From the NCBI GenBank assembly GCA_051294375.1, contig CM119263.1, positions 10,365,275 to 10,429,274 of the forward strand: DNA of 64,000 bases, read 5' to 3'. Source of the DNA: Paraspadella gotoi (taxonomy: Eukaryota; Animalia; Chaetognatha). Below the pieces are notes generated by a model. It saw only the letters and a list, made by a program, of their open reading frames with translations. It did not search any database and was not told the DNA's origin. This document shows positions 58,441 to 64,000 of the stretch, piece after piece (position 1 is the stretch's first letter; every line of letters begins with the position of its first letter). A program made the position numbers and the translations under genes.

Positions 58441-58540
58441 GGAAATGGGAAGAGGAGATGAAGAAGATGGGAAATGGGAAGAGGAGATGGGAAGAGAAGA
58501 TGGAGAAGATGGGAAATGGGAAGAAGAAATGAAGAAATGG
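58441..58540 (+). repeat. Degenerate purine-rich repeat (GGGAAATGGGAAGAGGAGAT-like)
   Basis: GGAAATGGGAAGA recurs three times, with GAAGATGG variants between. Confidence 0.7.
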
Positions 58541-59704
58541 GTAGGGAAAGCGGAAGAGAGGGGAAAGATAAAAGAGGTCAGCGGTTCTAAGAATTGAAAA
58601 TATTTTACGCCATTAATTTATCTAATTTAGAAAGATTTACCTCGACTACGAAGCTTTTATGAAAAAAATTGCTTGGAGCTTCAAAGATAGTTTCTTATTG
58701 TAAAAAATAAATTTTTAAACAATATTAGTCAATAATCATAAAGGGATCTGTTGTTCACGACAAAGCTATCATCTCTTGTAACCAGTTTTTGAGAAGAGAA
58801 AAGAAAGAGATAAGAGTAAAATTAAATCAGTTTGAAGTAATGTTCGGAACCAAGAAACCTCTATTTATTTCATCGTCTTGCTTACGGCTCAGTGCTTTTG
58901 GGATGCAATGTAGTCATAATGAAGAATAAAAGAGACCAAAGTGACCCGGGATGTGGAAAACCGGCTTGAGGTGAGAAAAGGGAAGTATGTCAGAAAAATT
59001 CCGATCTCGAGTTAAGAATATGAATATAAGAAGAGATGAAAAAGGCAGGCGGAGAGAGGCGGACGAGATGGATGGGAAGAGACGAGAGAGAGAGACGAGA
59101 GAGAGAGAGAGAGTAGGATAGAGGAGAGTCAGGAGCGAAGAGAGAGGAGAGAAGAGAGAGAGAGAAAGTGAGAGAGAGGACATATAAGTCGAAATTTTGT
59201 TTTTGTTTATTGTTCAATTTTCCGCGGTGTCTCCTCAATTTTTCTTCTTCCTTCACTTTCTTTTTCCTCGGTCATTCATCCTAACTTTGAAATATATACT
59301 TTCTCTTCCCCGTACATCTTCACATAACCCCCCACAAAAATCTTACAAAATCTCGCTTTAATGATAATTCCTCCCAGGATCGACTCACAACCTCACAACC
59401 TCAACTATTCTCTGTGAAAGGTTTCTGTTTTGACCAGTCGCTATTTTACATCAATCAACATTACCTTACCTTCCCTTATTTCAACATGTTCCTTTACTAA
59501 TTGACCCACAAAGCTTTCTCCACAGTTTTCTTTCTCCTTCCTCCCATACTTTTTCTTTTCTCCTTTCACTATTCACCCCATGTTCTTTCACCCTGTCCCC
59601 TCCACACCCCCCAACGCTCTCTCCTCTTGCACAGTTGGCTCCCGTATTCCTCTCCGTTGATCCGAAAAATGGAAAACAGCGAAATCGGGAACAAAAGTTA
59701 CTCT

Positions 59705-59754
<50 letters not shown>
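59705..59754 (+). repeat. (GTC)n microsatellite
   Basis: Direct reading; further tracts at ~52310-52355, ~52513-52544 and ~60050-60090. Confidence 0.95.
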
Positions 59755-59755
<1 letters not shown>

Positions 59756-60049
59756 ACATCCGGTTTGTCATCTACAACGTAGAAGTGTTTTGTTGGATAT
59801 CGTCGTCCCTGTCGTCGTCGTCATCGTCATCGTCATTTACATTATCAACTTCTTTTTCATTGAGGTTGTCATCATCGTTGTTTAGCTACTGCTGTCGATG
59901 GTATCGTCGACTTTGATGACTTACCCTGAATTAATCATTGTCATCATAATTATTAAGAAAGTTCTTTAAGTTCTTCATTCGACTTTTTCTTTGTCATCAT
60001 AATCATCGTCGTTCCAATATCATAATTGTCGTAGTTTTCTTCTTCTTCT

Positions 60050-60090
<41 letters not shown>

Positions 60091-60224
60091 TTTTTTCTTA
60101 GAAGATCCTTCGATCCGGAAATAAGATCAACCGACGTCAAACGTCGAGATCAAGGGGCTATCTCTGTCTCAGTCTCTCTCTGTCTTCTCTGTCTCTCTAT
60201 CTCTCCATCTTATTTCCTTCCTTG

Positions 60225-60263
<39 letters not shown>

Positions 60264-60957
60264 AGACAAAGTTCTTACCCTTTTTCCATACAAAACGTAA
60301 TAAGCTCTAGGGCTTATCAAAATTAATGAGCGTTACCAAAATGATATTCGTTGGGCTGGCAGGGTTCAGAAGAAAGCGAGAAAAAGGGAGCGAATTATTA
60401 AACTGTTTTTTTGTATTTTAAAAATGTTCCATACCTCAGAAATTTAAAAAAAAAAATCCTATTTAACATTATTTTTTGTCATCACTCAAATTGTTCTTCT
60501 CTGCGCGACCTTTTTCATTTCATTAACCCTTTCCTTCTATCCCATCTTATCCAATTCTATCCAATTCTATCCTTCCTCCAATAACCGTTTTTCTTTTACT
60601 CCTTTTCTTCTACCAAAAGCAAAACCTCTCTTCCATTTCTTTCCCCATTTCGCCTCCACCCACTAATCCCTCGATTCTCGAATTACGACAATCGATTTAA
60701 AAATCGAGGAAAATAAACAAAAAAACATCGGAAAGAATTCGACAATAGAGTCTTCAGAGATTTATCGTCGAATAAAATTTCTTTCCGATCGCAGATTTTT
60801 CCCGATCTTTTAAAGTTTTTTTTTTTTTTGGTATAATTTTAAAATGCGACATGAAATCTTCGTTTTAGCCAAAATCCTTTATATTAGAATAGGGCACTTT
60901 TTTTTAGAAAGCGAACCCTTTCTATTTTTAATTTGGAACTGAATTTTAATCCAAATA

Positions 60958-61161
60958 TTTAACTCTAATCTTTAACTAAATACTTAACCTAATTCTAACG
61001 TCAAGCCTAAACCTTACCCTTTACCCTAATCCCTAATCTTTAACCCTAATAATTAACCCCATCGCTTAACCTCAACCATAAACCTTAACAATATCTAACC
61101 GAATAATTAACCCCCTAACCATAACCCCTAACCTAACCCAACCCCTAACACTAACCACTAA
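60958..61161 (+). repeat. Degenerate telomere-like (TAACCY)n tract
   Basis: Repeated TAACCC, TAACCT, TTACCC and CCTAA words over ~200 bp with strong C/A strand bias. Confidence 0.7.
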
Positions 61162-63088
61162 TATACTCCTAAAAATGTGCGCTCGCTCTCGCAAGAAAAA
61201 AAAAGTTCAGTTATCCTTATTTGTTTACTTTTTGTTAATGGTTCTTGTGCCACTTACGTCGAGATTCCGATTTTTTTTTTGGGGGGGGGAGGTGGGTGGG
61301 TTTGTGGTGGGGGGGGGAGGCTCATTAATCACAAAAGAGACAGAAAAAAAAAAAAAAACAGAATCGAAATCGGCGAATTCAGATTACGAAATAAGAAAGA
61401 TAATGTGCGCGAGGCGCCGAAGAGGCTTAAAATGTGTATGCGGCAAAATAATGTTAAGAATGTTTAGCGTTTAACTTCAATAGCCCTTTTCAATTTTTGA
61501 CGTTTTGTTAGATATTCGTAATTCTCATAAAAACAATGCCCGAAAACTTAAACTTAAGCTCTAATTGTGAAATTGTGAAATTGTGAAATTGTGTTTTTTA
61601 AGCGGCGATAAGGCATCTTTGATAGATGTCGTTTAATTCCACTGCGATTTTTTTTTTAATAGCAGATTGCCATCTGGGAACCTCCAGTCGAATAACAAAT
61701 GGAGACTTAGAAAAAAATAATTCTCTCTCTCTCTCTTCTCTCCTTCTCTCCCTTCCTCTCTCTCTCTCTCTCTCCTCCTCTCTCACTTCTTCTCTCTCTC
61801 TCTCACCAGGTGGTGAATTACACTGGGTGGTTTTTACGATCGTCAGTAGAAGGAGGTGATTTTTTCTATTCCTCCGAAGCAGAAAGGAGAGAGAGGAGGC
61901 GAGAAGAGTCACCTCGTTATCTCTGTCAGTCCCGCAGCAGCCTTTTTCCTTTTCCTTTTTTATACTTTCCTCCATTTTTTTCTTTCCTTTTCTTTCTTTC
62001 TTCTATATTCTCTTTCCTCTCTCCTCTTTTATTTCACCTCTCTTTTCCTTCACCCTTTCTCTCAATCTCTTTCACCTCAGGCAGCGTGATCCTATCGTTG
62101 CCCACGTGCGATCGCTCGAGTAAAGCGCGTGAGTGATAAAATTTTTACTTCAAAAGCGAATCGTGGTCCAGTTTGAAAAAAAAAACCGCTTTTCCAAAGA
62201 ACTTTGGGGAAAACATTGATCGGCCAGAGTTGGTTGCTTCGATTGTTTGCACAGACAGCATTTAATAAAAATATTGAGCGAGTTAACAATATTTTTTGAT
62301 GCCTCTGTAGTCTGTATATGTAATTAAAGAAAATCATACCCTTTAAAAATTTTTTTTGAGTGAAACAGTAGCGCAAATTGACATCCCTGAATTCCAAGTT
62401 CAGGTTCAGAAAATTACTCTCATTCGCTTCACACCGATATCAGTCTCCTAAATTTACTTCTGGTCGTATCAACAGACGTGAACCATTTTTCAATAAACGA
62501 CCCAATTCAGAAATCTAACGAAATAATAGAGACACAATTACACGATTAACTTTGCCGCCCCTCTTCCGTACCCCGTTTCATCCATCGATCTACCCCCCCT
62601 TCTCCAGACCTCTCCTCCAGTTAGCTTTCCTGTTTCTCTAAGACAGATAAGAAGTGAATTTGATATTCAGCCCTGCGCCGTGGACCCAGGAGGAAACAAG
62701 CGAACCGAAAAAAAGGGGGGGCGAGAGAGAGAGAGANNNNNNNNNNNNNNNNNNNNNNNNNNNNNNNNNNNNNNNNNNNNNNNNNNNNNNNNNNNNNNNN
62801 NNNNNNNNNNNNNNNNNNNNNNNNNNNNNNNNNNNNNNNNNNNNNNNNNNNNNNNNNNNNNNNNNNNNNNNNNNNNNNNNNNNNNNNNNNNNNNNNNNNN
62901 NNNNNNNNNNNNNNNNNNNNNNNNNNNNGGGGAAGAAATCAGGGTGTTGCGGGGTGGTGTTGTTGGTGAGCGATCTGAGGGGCAAAAGGATGAAAGATGT
63001 GAAATGGGACGTTTGAGGCTGAATAAGAAGAAGGCGCTCACCTCGGGGTCGAGCCACCCCGCGCGTGTATCACTTTTGCGAGGTGATT

Positions 63089-63135
<47 letters not shown>

Positions 63136-63760
63136 ACGCGTCAATTGGACGAATGAATCAATTTCTTTTACTCGTTGATGCTCAAGGCTAAATGCAAATA
63201 CATATTCTATGCTGGAAAACAAACAAGATTCATTTCTGACTAACAATTCGACTTCTGGAATTTTCTTGACGTGAAAAAGTTATGAAAGTATGAATTAAGT
63301 ACGAGTTTAGTTTTTAATTTTCCGAGAACTGAAAAAGCGAGACCGCTCGCGAAGACTAAAAGAATCGATTTAACCGGATTACCCATTTTCGAATTTTCGC
63401 TTCGCATCTTAATCCAAATAATTCGATTCCATTTTTTCCCCTTAAATAAAAAGAGAAAAAAAAAATTATGAAAAACGGGGGAAGATGAATCCTCTTCCTC
63501 TTCCTCCTCCACCGCTGCGGGGAGAGAGAGAATGGAAAAAAACCCGTCGAGCCTGATTGAATTAAGATTAAGGGAGTGAATAAATCGACAACCCAGGAAA
63601 AGTTGTGAGTGAGAGAGAGAGAGAGANNNNNNNNNNNNNNNNNNNNNNNNNNNNNNNNNNNNNNNNNNNNNNNNNNNNNNNNNNNNNNNNNNNNNNNNNN
63701 NNNNNNNNNNNNNNNNNNNNNNNNNNNNNNNNNNNNNNNNNNNNNNNNNNNNNNNNNNNN

Positions 63761-63796
<36 letters not shown>

Positions 63797-64000
63797 TTGG
63801 TGGAATTTTCGAGGTGAAGTTTCATCTGAATTTTAGTCCTTTATTCCGAGTTTTGATAAGAGCCACATTGGGACGGCGGGACGCTGACGACGTCGTTGTC
63901 GTCGAGGTAGTTGTTGTTGTTGCCCTTACCTGATCGTTGTTGTTCTTATTTTTAATGCAATCTTTAACAGGAAGTGATTGCAACAATAAAATGGATTTAT

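Overview
Eukaryotic, AT-rich, apparently intronic or intergenic DNA from a draft hybrid assembly. It has 13 N-gaps and dense (AG)n and CpG-containing (ACG)n microsatellites. I recognise no protein family, RNA gene or CRISPR array; most ORFs in the track are microsatellite or N read-through. The structure is mostly duplication. (1) A ~0.7 kb direct duplicate spans a 25-N gap. (2) A ~3.3 kb TA-flanked element with ~620 bp terminal inverted repeats (2894-6167) is present in one copy of a ~5.2 kb tandem duplication and absent from the other. (3) A ~17.9 kb palindrome has ~7.4 kb arms (21625-28997 / 31961-39512) around a ~1.45 kb spacer that is itself doubled across a second 25-N gap. (4) A 7-copy array of a complex ~70 bp unit (32561-33123) occurs in only one palindrome arm and starts and ends at almost the same phase; this is the most unusual signal. 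Smaller items are a 15-bp minisatellite with a 45-bp higher-order period, a telomere-like TAACCY tract, nuclear-receptor and E-box motif clusters, and one candidate 21-codon first exon on the minus strand. Several duplicated copies show indel noise typical of unpolished long reads, so assembly artefact must be excluded first. All alignments and identities were judged by eye.
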